This document shows positions 55,741 through 64,000 of a stretch of 64,000 nt of DNA, one piece after another. The notes beneath the pieces are model-generated. The model had not been told where the DNA came from. It saw nothing but the letters and a program-made list of their open reading frames with translations, and did no database searches. The stretch covers positions 87,681-151,680 of the forward strand of contig DATGLP010000008.1 in assembly GCA_035294085.1 (NCBI GenBank). The letters run 5' to 3'. This DNA is from Acidimicrobiales bacterium. GTDB taxonomy: Bacteria > Actinomycetota > Acidimicrobiia > Acidimicrobiales > Bog-793. Within the stretch, counting starts at the first letter, position 1. The number at the start of each line of letters is the position of its first letter. The position numbers and the translations under genes were made by a program.

Positions 55741-56643
55741 GTGCGCGCCTTCCTCACCGGCGGGACCGGCTTCGTCGGCACCTGGCTGGCGCGTCACCTC
55801 GAGGCGATGGGCGACACCGTCGCGATCCTCCCGCCGGGCCTCGACGTCGCCGAGGCGGGGGCGCTCGACGGCCCGCTGCGCGAGGCCGCCCCCGACGTCG
55901 TCTTCCACCTCGCGGCGCTCACCCACGTCGGGCGCTCCTGGGAGGCGCCGGCGAGGACCTTCCGGGTCAACGCCCTCGGGACCCTCGAGGTGCTCGAGGC
56001 TGCCCGCCGCCTGGCGTCCCGGCCGCGGGTCGTCCTCGTGAGCTCCGCCGAGGTCTACGGCCGCGGCAGCGGCGCCCCGCTTCGCGAGACCGCGCCGCTG
56101 CAGCCGGTGACGCCGTACGCGGCGAGCAAGGTCGCGGCGGAGTTCCTGGGGCTGCAGGCGTTCCTCGGCGGCGGCCTCGACGTCGTCGTCGCGCGGCCCT
56201 TCAACCACGTCGGCCCGGGCCAGTCGCCCGACTTCGTCGTCTCGGCGCTCGCCCGGCGGGTCGCGCTGGCCGAGCTGAGCGGCGAGCCGGAGATCCGCGT
56301 CGGCAACCTGGCGGCGGCGCGCGACTTCACCGACGTGCGAGACGTCGTCCGTGCCTACCGCCTCCTCGCCGAGCTCGCCGATCCCGGCGAGGTCTACAAC
56401 GTGTGCTCGGGGGAGGCGGTCGCGATCTCGACGGTCCTCGACGAGCTCATCGCCCTCTCGGCGGCGAAGGTGATCCCCGTCGTCGACCCGGCGCTCGTCC
56501 GCCCCGTGGACGTGCCCGTGCTGCGCGGCGACCCGGGGCGGATCGCCGCCCGCTGCGGTTGGCGCCCGGAGATCGACCGCTCGACGACGCTCGCCGAGGT
56601 GCTCGAGGACTGGCGCCAGCGGCTCGCGCCGGCGCGGGCCTGA
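55741..56643 (+). CDS. rmd: GDP-4-dehydro-6-deoxy-D-mannose reductase-like SDR (Rmd-like)
   Basis: Contains LTGGTGFVG, YAASKVAAE, ARPFNHVGPGQ, RDFTDVRDV and VYNVCSG. These closely follow the Rmd block pattern as I recall it. Confidence 0.75.
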   Translation: MRAFLTGGTGFVGTWLARHLEAMGDTVAILPPGLDVAEAGALDGPLREAAPDVVFHLAALTHVGRSWEAPARTFRVNALGTLEVLEAARRLASRPRVVLVSSAEVYGRGSGAPLRETAPLQPVTPYAASKVAAEFLGLQAFLGGGLDVVVARPFNHVGPGQSPDFVVSALARRVALAELSGEPEIRVGNLAAARDFTDVRDVVRAYRLLAELADPGEVYNVCSGEAVAISTVLDELIALSAAKVIPVVDPALVRPVDVPVLRGDPGRIAARCGWRPEIDRSTTLAEVLEDWRQRLAPARA

Positions 56644-56647
56644 GCGC

Positions 56648-56848
56648 TCAGGGGGACGCGGGGGGCCGACGGGGCGGCCGGCCCACCTGGCGCAGGGAGC
56701 GCTCCAGGCAGCGCAGGGCTGCGCGTCCCCGCTCGCGGCCCCCGAGCGCCTGCCGGCGGGCCCACCCGAGGCCGAGGACGGCGGCGCCGAGCGCGAGGTA
56801 GGCCGCCTCCTTCGCGCTGCGGCCGAGCTCCCGTCGCACGTCCACCAC
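56648..56848 (-). CDS. small hypothetical protein (66 aa, one hydrophobic helix)
   Basis: High third-position GC, and TAGGCT lies exactly 6 nt upstream of GTG 56848 (leaderless signature). No homology recognised. Confidence 0.45.
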   Translation of the reverse strand: MVDVRRELGRSAKEAAYLALGAAVLGLGWARRQALGGRERGRAALRCLERSLRQVGRPPRRPPASP

Positions 56849-56854
56849 GGCGCG

Positions 56855-56860
56855 AGCCTA
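56855..56860 (-). promoter_or_regulatory. -10-like TAGGCT exactly 6 nt upstream of GTG 56848
   Basis: Minus strand reads TAGGCT-cgcgcc-GTG. Confidence 0.4.
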
Positions 56861-56940
56861 CCCGGGGGGCGCGTGCACACGTCCGGCGCGCCAGGGCCGG
56901 CGGCCGGGACCCGGGCGCGCGCGCCGCCTCGCGAGCTAGG

Positions 56941-59889
56941 GTGTCGCTCCTGATGGCGGAGGATCAGGCGCCACCCGTCGTCGCCGTCGTCGTCTCGAAC
57001 GACCCGGGCCCCTGGTTCGAGGAGTGCCTCGAGTCGCTCGCCGCCCAGGACTACGCCGCGCTCACCGTCCTCGTCGTCGACGCCGGGAGCCGCGAGCCGC
57101 TGGCACCGAGGGTCGCCGCCGTGGCGCCGGACTTCTACCTCACGCGCACCGACTCGAACGCCGGCTTCGGCCCGAGCGCGAACGTCGTCCTCGACCTCGT
57201 CGAGGGGGGCAGCCACTTCCTCTTCTGCCACGACGACGTCGTCCTCGCACCGGACGCGCTGCGCCGCATGGTCGAGGAGTCGTTCCGCTCCAACGCCGGC
57301 ATCGTGACGCCGAAGCTCGTCGACTACGACGACGCCGACCGCATCCTCCAGCTGGGCCTCGGCGTCGACCGCTTCGGGGCCCCGGTGCGGCGGGTCGGCC
57401 GGCGCGAGTTCGACCAGGCCCAGCACGACGAGGTGCGGGAGGTCTTCGCGGCCCCCGGTGGCTGCACGCTCGCCAGGACGGACCTGTTCGCGGCGATCGG
57501 CGGGTACGACCGCGAGATCTCGATGTTCGGCGAGGACGTCGATCTGTGCTGGCGGGCGCGCCTCGCGGGCGCCCGGGTCGTCGTCGCTCCCTCGGCGCAG
57601 GTGCGCCATCGGGAGGCGACCGCGGCGCGCCAGCGGCCGCTCCCCGAGGCGCGCGCGCTGCAGTGGCGCCACGAGCTGCGGGCCGTGCTGAAGAACTACG
57701 GCCGCTGGCGGCTGTGGCTCGTCGGTGCCCAGCTCGTCGTGCTGAGCCTGGCCGAGATGGCGTACTTCCTCGCCATCGGCAAGCGTTGGCGTGCCCGGCA
57801 GGTGCTCGACGCCTGGCGCTGGAACCTCGCCGCGCCGCGCCGGCTGCGCCAGGCCCGAGCCGACGTCGGCCGCACGCGCCGACTGCCCGACCGCCTCGTC
57901 TGCGGGCTCTTCACGCGCCGGACCTCGCGTCTGTGGCGCTTCGTCGAGCCCCTCCTCGAAGAACGCGCCCTGCGCTGGGGCCACGCCAGCCGGTCGCGCC
58001 AGCCGGCACAAGGCGAAGACGCCCGTCCGGGCGCATCCCGCGTGCGCCGGGTGCACCGGCCGCGCCAGGTGCGCATCGGCGCGGCCCTCGTCGTCCTCGT
58101 CGTCCTCTTCGGCGCCCGCTCGCTCATCTTCGGGCACCTGCCCCTCGTCGGCGGGCTCCTCCCGCTCCCGTCGCCGGCGCACCTGCTCGCGCGCTTCTTC
58201 GGCGGCTGGCGGGACGCGGGCATGCAGCGCCCGGGCCCGGCGCCGCCCGCGTTCGCCCTCCTCGGCCTCGCCGGCTTCGCGCTCCTCGGTGCAATGGGCC
58301 AGGTGCTCAAGGTCGGCATCGCGCTGTGCCTCGTCGCCGGCGCGCTCGGCGCGGCGCGCCTCGTGCGCCCCGTCGCGGGCCCGGCCGGCCGCCTCGCGGC
58401 GGCGGCCGCCTACCTCTTCCTCCCCCTCGCCTGGAACGACCTCGCGCGCGGCGACGTCCTCGGGCTCGTCGCCTACGCCGGCGCGCCCTACGTGCTCGCT
58501 CGGATCTGGCGGGCCCACGACAGCGCCGGGGGCGGCGCCCTCGAGCTCGCGCGCGAGGTGCTCGCCCTCGGTGCCCTGCTCGCGCTCTGTGGCGCCTTCG
58601 TCCCCCTGCTCGCGCTGCTCGCGCCCGTCTGCGCCGTCGCCGTCGCGCTCGGCTCGCTCCTCGCGGGTCGGCCCGCGGGCGGCGCTCGCTGCCTCGCCGT
58701 CAGCGTCGGCGGCCTCGCCGTCGCGTTCGCCCTCCTGTTCCCCTGGTCGCTCACCTTCGTCCAGCCCGGGGCGCGGCTCAGCGCGCTCGCGGGGCCCCTC
58801 GCCGCGGCGGACCACCTCCCGAGCCTCGCAGCCCTCGCGCGCTTCGACGTCGGCCCCTTCGGCGCCGGGCCGCTGGGGGACGCCCTCGTCCTCTCGGCCC
58901 TGCTCCCGGTGCTGGTCGCGCGCGGCGAGCGCTTCGTCTGGGCGGCTCGCGGGTGGGCGGTGGCGCTCGGCGTCCTCGCGCTCTCGTGGGCACTGGCCGA
59001 GGGGTGGCTCGGCGCGGGCGGCGGGGAGACGCGCGTCGTGCTGGCGCCGGCGGCCGCGGCGATCGCCGCGCTCGTCGGTGACGGCGTCGCCGCGGTCCGC
59101 GCCGACGTCGTCGGGCGCAGCTTCGGCTGGCGCCACGTGGCCGCCGCCGGGTGGTGCTGCCTCGTCGCCGCCGGCGCCCTGCCGGTCCTCGGTGCCACGC
59201 TCGGGGGGCGCTTCGGGCTCCCGACCACCGGCTACGACGCCGTGCTCTCCTGGATCGACTCGGGTCCGCCGGCGCGGGTGCTGTGGCTGGGCGACGGGCG
59301 TGCCCTCCCGCTCGGCGCCTGGCAGGTCGCCCCGGGACTCGCCCTCGGCGTCTCGGAGGGCGGCCTGCCCGATGCCACGAGGCTGTGGCCGAGCGCGAAC
59401 CCTGGCGAGGCCGCCGCCCTCGGTCGCGCCGTGGTGGCGGCGAGCTCGGGCATGACGGTCGACCTCGGGGCGGACCTCGCGTCGGCGGGCGTGCGCTACG
59501 TCGTCGTCCCGAGCGCGCTCGCGCCGGTGCTCGCCGGGGTGCAGCAGGCGAGCGCGGCGAACCCGCCCGAGGCGCTCGTCGGCGGGCTCGCCGCCCAGGC
59601 GGACCTGCACCAGCTCCCGAGCGAGGGCGGCGCCCAGGTGTTCGAGAACGCCGCCTGGCGGCCGGGGAGCGGGGTGCCGGGCAGCCTCGCCGGTCCGGGG
59701 GGCACGCCCGCGCCGCTGCGCGGGCTCGCGGTCGCGCTCGAGCTGGCGCTGTGGGTCGCCGCCGCCGTCGGCCTCGCCCGGCTGCCGAGCGGCGCGCGCG
59801 CCAGGCGGCGGGGGAGCCACGCCCGCCGTCCGGCGCCGGAGGCGGCGGCGGCGGGCGACCTCGGCGTCCTCGCCGAGGTGGGCGGGTGA
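56941..59889 (+). CDS. GT2 glycosyltransferase fused to a large polytopic membrane domain (982 aa)
   Basis: N-terminal GT-A domain: VVAVVVSNDPGPWFEECLESLAAQDY, LFCHDDVV, FGEDVDLCWR. From ~aa 330 there are 10 or more hydrophobic segments, then a ~200-aa tail. Start is GTG 56941, or alternatively ATG 56953. Confidence 0.85.
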   Translation: MSLLMAEDQAPPVVAVVVSNDPGPWFEECLESLAAQDYAALTVLVVDAGSREPLAPRVAAVAPDFYLTRTDSNAGFGPSANVVLDLVEGGSHFLFCHDDVVLAPDALRRMVEESFRSNAGIVTPKLVDYDDADRILQLGLGVDRFGAPVRRVGRREFDQAQHDEVREVFAAPGGCTLARTDLFAAIGGYDREISMFGEDVDLCWRARLAGARVVVAPSAQVRHREATAARQRPLPEARALQWRHELRAVLKNYGRWRLWLVGAQLVVLSLAEMAYFLAIGKRWRARQVLDAWRWNLAAPRRLRQARADVGRTRRLPDRLVCGLFTRRTSRLWRFVEPLLEERALRWGHASRSRQPAQGEDARPGASRVRRVHRPRQVRIGAALVVLVVLFGARSLIFGHLPLVGGLLPLPSPAHLLARFFGGWRDAGMQRPGPAPPAFALLGLAGFALLGAMGQVLKVGIALCLVAGALGAARLVRPVAGPAGRLAAAAAYLFLPLAWNDLARGDVLGLVAYAGAPYVLARIWRAHDSAGGGALELAREVLALGALLALCGAFVPLLALLAPVCAVAVALGSLLAGRPAGGARCLAVSVGGLAVAFALLFPWSLTFVQPGARLSALAGPLAAADHLPSLAALARFDVGPFGAGPLGDALVLSALLPVLVARGERFVWAARGWAVALGVLALSWALAEGWLGAGGGETRVVLAPAAAAIAALVGDGVAAVRADVVGRSFGWRHVAAAGWCCLVAAGALPVLGATLGGRFGLPTTGYDAVLSWIDSGPPARVLWLGDGRALPLGAWQVAPGLALGVSEGGLPDATRLWPSANPGEAAALGRAVVAASSGMTVDLGADLASAGVRYVVVPSALAPVLAGVQQASAANPPEALVGGLAAQADLHQLPSEGGAQVFENAAWRPGSGVPGSLAGPGGTPAPLRGLAVALELALWVAAAVGLARLPSGARARRRGSHARRPAPEAAAAGDLGVLAEVGG

Positions 59890-61376
59890 GCGCAGCGCGC
59901 GGCCCCGGTCCGCTCCGCCGGGCCGTGGTCGGCGGCCTCGTCGTCGCCTGCCTCGCCCTCGTCGCCGTGGCGAGCGCGGCGCGCGTCGGCCGTCGGACGA
60001 CGGGGACCTTGGCCCCTGGCCCCTCGGACGCCTCGGCCGCGTCCGTGGCGAGCCCGGCGACCTCCGCCGCCTGGTACTGCGCGGGGCCGCTGCCGGTCGG
60101 GGCTCGGCCGGAAGCCTCCTCGATCGCGATCGCCAACGTCGGGGACCGCGCGCTGCGCGGCGAGGTGCGCCTGTCCGAGAGCACCGGCCGGTCGCTCACC
60201 GTGCCCGTCGCCGTCGGCCCGTCGGACGAGGCGGTGGTCGGGCTGCCCCGCAGCGGGCGCCGGGCCTTCGCCGCCGCCACCGTGCTCGTGGACGGCGCGA
60301 GCGTCGGCGTCGAGGAGCTGATCCACGGCCCGGCCGGGCCCGTCGCCTCGCCCTGCGTCAGCGAGGCCGGCACCGAGCAGCTCCTCGCCGCGGGCAGCAC
60401 GGCGGGGGCAGACGACGTGGCGCTCGCCCTCTACGTCCCGGGCGCGACGCCCGGGGTGGCGAGCGTCACCGTCCACGTCGGCAGCCAGGCGCTGGCGCCG
60501 CCTGCCTTCCAGGGCATCCCGGTGGCGGCCGGCGGCCTCGTCGTGCTCAACGTCGGCCACTACGTGTCGGGGCGCCAGCTGCTCGCCCTCGCGGTCACCT
60601 CGACGGGCGGGCGCGTCGTCGCCGGGGCGCTCGAGGTGCACCTCGTGGGGCGCGCGCTCGTGTCGGCCCTCGTACCCGGCGCGCTCGCGCCGAGGACGAC
60701 GTGGTACTTCCCCGGGGCACCGGCTGCCGGCGCGGCGCGCCAGGCGCTCGACGTCTACAACCCCGGGCCCCGCCCGGCCCGCGTCCTCGTCGCCTCGAAG
60801 TGCGCGGCCGGCAGCCCGGCGACGACCGTCACGGTCGGGCCGGGCGCCGTCGTCGAGGTTCCCGCCGCCCCGGGCCCGCTGCGCTGGACGCTCGTCACCT
60901 CGACGAACGGCGTCGGGATCGTGGCGCAGCGCGCGGCGACCGTGTCCCGGGCGCTCGTCCCGCCGCCGCGACACGCCGGCCCGTCGCTGACGGCGCTGCC
61001 GCCGCTGCGACCGGGCTTCGGGCTCACGACCGGCACGGCGGCGGCCCACGAGCGGTGGCTCGTCCCCGGCGGCGAGTCGGACCGGCACGCGAGCGTCCTG
61101 CTCAGCGTGTCGAACCCCAGTCGGCGCGCCCTCACCTTCACCGTGGAGCGCCTCGCGGGGCCGTCCGTGGGAGGCATGCCGGCCCCGGCGGCGCTCGTGG
61201 TGCCGGCGCAGGGCACCACCGTCGTCGACCTCGCGCAGCTCGTCGGCGCGCGCGCCCCGGTGCTCCCGCTCGTCGTCACCGCCAGCGGGCCGGTCGTCGT
61301 GGGCTCGCTGCTCTACTCCCGCGGCAGCGGCCAGGCCCTCGGCTTCTCGGCGCCCCTCGCCATCCCCGTGGAGTGA
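59886..61376 (+). CDS. membrane-anchored repeat protein, DUF5719-like
   Basis: GTG 59886 overlaps the upstream stop (GTGA). Has an N-terminal TM helix and four spaced Ig-like strand motifs: IAIANVGDRALRGEV, LALYVPGATPGVASV, LDVYNPGPRPARVLV, LLSVSNPSRRALTFTV. The family name is from memory. Confidence 0.7.
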   Translation: MSAARGPGPLRRAVVGGLVVACLALVAVASAARVGRRTTGTLAPGPSDASAASVASPATSAAWYCAGPLPVGARPEASSIAIANVGDRALRGEVRLSESTGRSLTVPVAVGPSDEAVVGLPRSGRRAFAAATVLVDGASVGVEELIHGPAGPVASPCVSEAGTEQLLAAGSTAGADDVALALYVPGATPGVASVTVHVGSQALAPPAFQGIPVAAGGLVVLNVGHYVSGRQLLALAVTSTGGRVVAGALEVHLVGRALVSALVPGALAPRTTWYFPGAPAAGAARQALDVYNPGPRPARVLVASKCAAGSPATTVTVGPGAVVEVPAAPGPLRWTLVTSTNGVGIVAQRAATVSRALVPPPRHAGPSLTALPPLRPGFGLTTGTAAAHERWLVPGGESDRHASVLLSVSNPSRRALTFTVERLAGPSVGGMPAPAALVVPAQGTTVVDLAQLVGARAPVLPLVVTASGPVVVGSLLYSRGSGQALGFSAPLAIPVE

Positions 61377-61386
61377 GCGCCCCTCC

Positions 61387-63423
61387 TCACCCGAGCGGGC
61401 CGCGCGGCCCCCGCGGCTCCACCGACTCGGCGGGCAGGTGCGCCGTGGTGGGCGCCTCGCTCGCGCCGTCGCCCGCGGCGGCGGGCACCGGCGGGCGCGG
61501 CGCCCCGCCGAGCATCCCGCCCGCGACGTGCAGCTCCTCGCCGTCCTCGTGGACCGGCCGGCCGAAGGCCTCGTCGATCAGGCGGGCCACCTCGGCGCCG
61601 TCGATGGTCTCCTTGTCGAGCAGCGCCCGGGCCACGGCCTCGAGGCCGGCGCGGTGCTCCTGGAGGATCCGCCGGGCGCGCTCCTCCTGCTCGCGCAGGA
61701 TCCTCGCCACCTCCTCGTCGACGACCCGGCTCGTGTCCTCCGAGTAGTCCCTCGAGTGCATGAGGTCCTCCCCGAGGAAGACCATCCCCTGGGGGCCCCA
61801 CGCCATCGGGCCGACGCGATCGGACATGCCCCACTCGCGGACCATCTTGCGGGCGAGCTCGGTGTTGCGCTGGAGGTCGTCGCTCGCCCCGGTCGAGAGG
61901 TCCCCGTAGACGATCAGCTCGGCGACCCGGCCGCCCATGCGGACCGCGAGGGAGTCCTCGATGTACTCGCGCGGGTAGATGTGCTTCTCCTCGAGGGGCA
62001 GCTGCTGGGTGACGCCGAGCGCGAGACCGGTCGGGATGATGCTCACCTTGAGGAGCGGGTCGGCGAACGGCAGGACGTAGGCGAGCACGGCGTGCCCCGA
62101 CTCGTGGTAGGCGACGCGCTCCTTCTCGGCGTCGGAGAGCACGAGCGAGTCGCGCTGCTGGCCCATGAGGACGCGGTCGCGCGCCGCGTCGAAGTCGCGC
62201 ATCTCGATCACCTGGCTGTTGCGCCGCACGGCGTGCAGCGCGGCCTCGTTCACGAGGTTGGCGAGGTCCGCCCCGCTCATCCCGGGGGTGCCGCGCGCGA
62301 CGACGTCGAGGTCGACGTCGGGCCCGATCCGCTTGTCGCGGCAGTGCACCTCGAGGATCGGCCGGCGCTCGTCGAGGTCGGGGAGGGGCACGACGATCTG
62401 GCGGTCGAAGCGGCCCGGCCGCAGCAGCGCGGGATCGAGGATGTCCGGTCGGTTCGTCGCCGCCATCATGACGACGCCCTCGGCGGTGTCGAAGCCGTCC
62501 ATCTCCGAGAGCATCTGGTTGAGCGTCTGCTCGCGCTCGTCGTGGCCGCCGCCGAGGCCGGCGCCGCGCTTGCGGCCGATCGAGTCGATCTCGTCCACGA
62601 AGATGATCGCCGGGGCCTGCTTGCGGGCGGTCTGGAACAGGTCGCGCACCCGGCTCGCGCCGACGCCGACGAACATCTCCATGAAGTCCGAGCCGCTCAC
62701 GGAGAGGAACGGCACGCCCGCCTCGCCGGCCACGGCTCGCGCGAGGAGCGTCTTGCCGGTCCCGGGCGGGCCGACGAGGAGCACGCCCTTCGGGATGCGC
62801 GCGCCGATCTCCCGGAAGCGCCCGGGAGACTTGAGGAAGTCGACGACCTCGCTGATCTCCTGCTTCACCCCGCTGTAGCCGGCGACGTCGGCGAAGGTCG
62901 TGCGCGGCCGCTCGGTCGAGTACACCTTGGCCCGCGACCGCCCGATCGACATGATGCCCGACATCTGACCCTGGGCCCGGCGGTTGATCCACGCGATGAA
63001 GGCGATGAACAAGACGACCGGGAGCAGGTAGATGAGCAGGTTCGGCAGGAAGCTCGAGCCGGGCGAGGAGAACTTGAGCGACACGCCGTCACGGCGCAGC
63101 GTCTGCTGGTCGCTCGCCGGCAGCGGGAGCGGCCCGGTCGTCGTGTAGGCGCGCCCGTCGCTCAGCGTCCCGGTGATGACGCCGCTCGAGTTGTTGTAGT
63201 TCGCCGTCGCCACCTGGTGGCTCGCGGCCTTGTCGAGGAAGCTCGTGTACGTGAGCTGCGAGGAGGACGAGTGCGACACGAACGACGAGCCGAACACGAC
63301 GAGGACGAGCACGACGACGAGGGCGGCGAGCACCCACCGCCAGGTCGACTCGCTACCTTGGGGGAGGCCAGGACCCTGCCGACCGGGGCCGGGCGGTCGC
63401 ATGTCCTGTGGCTGACGGCTCAT
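61387..63423 (-). CDS. ftsH: ATP-dependent zinc metalloprotease FtsH
   Basis: Contains [11 protein letters not shown], the second region of homology, and the zinc motif HESGHA. ATG 63423 was chosen within the track ORF that extends to 63648. Confidence 0.95.
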   Translation of the reverse strand: MSRQPQDMRPPGPGRQGPGLPQGSESTWRWVLAALVVVLVLVVFGSSFVSHSSSSQLTYTSFLDKAASHQVATANYNNSSGVITGTLSDGRAYTTTGPLPLPASDQQTLRRDGVSLKFSSPGSSFLPNLLIYLLPVVLFIAFIAWINRRAQGQMSGIMSIGRSRAKVYSTERPRTTFADVAGYSGVKQEISEVVDFLKSPGRFREIGARIPKGVLLVGPPGTGKTLLARAVAGEAGVPFLSVSGSDFMEMFVGVGASRVRDLFQTARKQAPAIIFVDEIDSIGRKRGAGLGGGHDEREQTLNQMLSEMDGFDTAEGVVMMAATNRPDILDPALLRPGRFDRQIVVPLPDLDERRPILEVHCRDKRIGPDVDLDVVARGTPGMSGADLANLVNEAALHAVRRNSQVIEMRDFDAARDRVLMGQQRDSLVLSDAEKERVAYHESGHAVLAYVLPFADPLLKVSIIPTGLALGVTQQLPLEEKHIYPREYIEDSLAVRMGGRVAELIVYGDLSTGASDDLQRNTELARKMVREWGMSDRVGPMAWGPQGMVFLGEDLMHSRDYSEDTSRVVDEEVARILREQEERARRILQEHRAGLEAVARALLDKETIDGAEVARLIDEAFGRPVHEDGEELHVAGGMLGGAPRPPVPAAAGDGASEAPTTAHLPAESVEPRGPRGPLG

Positions 63424-63429
63424 CTCCCT

Positions 63430-63435
63430 ATCGTA
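63430..63435 (-). promoter_or_regulatory. -10-like TACGAT exactly 6 nt upstream of the ftsH ATG (leaderless signature)
   Basis: Minus strand reads TACGAT-agggag-ATG(63423). Confidence 0.45.
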
Positions 63436-63484
63436 GGCGCCGCGGCCCGCGCGCAGGTCGGCGTTCCGCTCGCGCGGCTGCGGC

Positions 63485-64000
63485 GTGACCGAGATTGACC
63501 GGGCCGTCCGCGCCGGGGAGGCTCGGGGCGTGCACGAGCGGGACGCCCCTCGTCGGCGCGACGCCTCCGCGCTCGGCGACCGCCTGCTCGGCGCCGCCGT
63601 CCTCGGCTTCGTCGCGGGCTTCGTCGCGTCGGCCGTGGCGGTGGGCATCTTCGCCGCGGCGAGCCACCACCCGCGCCACCCGAGCCACTACGGGGTCGAC
63701 GTCGCGAGCCTGCTCGGGCTGTGGGCGGGCCTGCTCGGCGCCGTCGCGGTGGCGACCCGCCGGCGCGCCGGCGTCGCCCGGCAGGTGAGGCTCGGCTTCG
63801 CGCTGCGGCTGCTCCCGGACCTCCCGCTCGGGATCGCGGCCGGGCTCGGGGCGCAGTTCGTGCTCGTGCCCGTCCTCGAGCTCGTCCTCGCGCCCTTCGT
63901 CCCCGACCTCTCGCACCGCCTCGGCGAGCCCGCGCACGCCCTCACGGCGGGCGTGCGCGGGCCGGGGCTCGTCGTCCTCGGCCTGCTCGTCTGCCTCGGC
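63485..64000 (+). CDS. integral membrane protein, N-terminal part only (possibly CPBP-family protease), truncated by window edge
   Basis: Not in ORF track because it has no stop in the window. The frame from GTG 63485 is open to 64000 with very high third-position GC and hydrophobic helices (LLGAAVLGFVAGFVASAVAVGIF, LLGLWAGLLGAVAVA). The family assignment is tentative because the catalytic motifs would lie beyond the edge. Confidence 0.45.
   Translation, partial: MTEIDRAVRAGEARGVHERDAPRRRDASALGDRLLGAAVLGFVAGFVASAVAVGIFAAASHHPRHPSHYGVDVASLLGLWAGLLGAVAVATRRRAGVARQVRLGFALRLLPDLPLGIAAGLGAQFVLVPVLELVLAPFVPDLSHRLGEPAHALTAGVRGPGLVVLGLLVCLG

Overview
This is a very GC-rich (by eye well above 70% G+C), gene-dense chromosomal core segment of an actinobacterial-type genome; the markers are a WhiB-family regulator, F420 genes cofD/cofE, a PdtaS-type kinase and an actinobacterial-type ValRS. 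I support about 62 protein-coding genes. Two of them (valS at the left edge, a membrane protein at the right edge) are absent from the supplied ORF track because they run off the window. I saw no rRNA, tRNA, CRISPR array, transposase/integrase or prophage signature. Blocks from left to right: (1) divergent valS/cysS, csp, an MFS transporter and gmd; (2) a complete System I cytochrome c maturation operon ccmABCDEFGHI; (3) an Fe-S module of a SufR-like regulator, a NifS-like desulfurase and a cysteine-free Mrp ATPase; (4) dgt-purU and nfeD-stomatin; (5) DUF3107, two ArsA-like ATPases, a PHP phosphatase, PdtaS and WhiB1-like; (6) an MBOAT + SGNH pair and a MarR-ABC exporter; (7) ppa, IMPase, holA, folP, Trx-TPR, metH, ilvA, a nitroreductase, a rhodanese-ThiF fusion, an M20 hydrolase, accA and birA; (8) a ~15 kb envelope-glycan/F420 cluster (rmlB, rmlD, GT2, manC, epimerase, cofD, cofE, 2x GT4, rmd, a GT2-membrane fusion, DUF5719-like); (9) ftsH. 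Most very long ORFs in the track are GC artefacts, either antisense or out of frame to real genes. Organisation is extremely compact. There are 19 four-nucleotide start/stop overlaps (GTGA/ATGA/TTGA). At least seven operon-first genes carry a TANNNT hexamer exactly 6 nt upstream of the start codon, which is the leaderless mRNA architecture. I found no clear-cut novel defence-like or mobile system. The most noteworthy items are the System I Ccm operon in an actinobacterial context, the contiguous ArsA-pair/PHP/PdtaS/WhiB1 neighbourhood, the Cys-free Mrp, the permuted rhodanese-ThiF enzyme, the uncharacterised GT2-membrane/DUF5719 pair and a 695-bp gene-less gap. All functional calls rest on motif recognition by eye; no searches were run.
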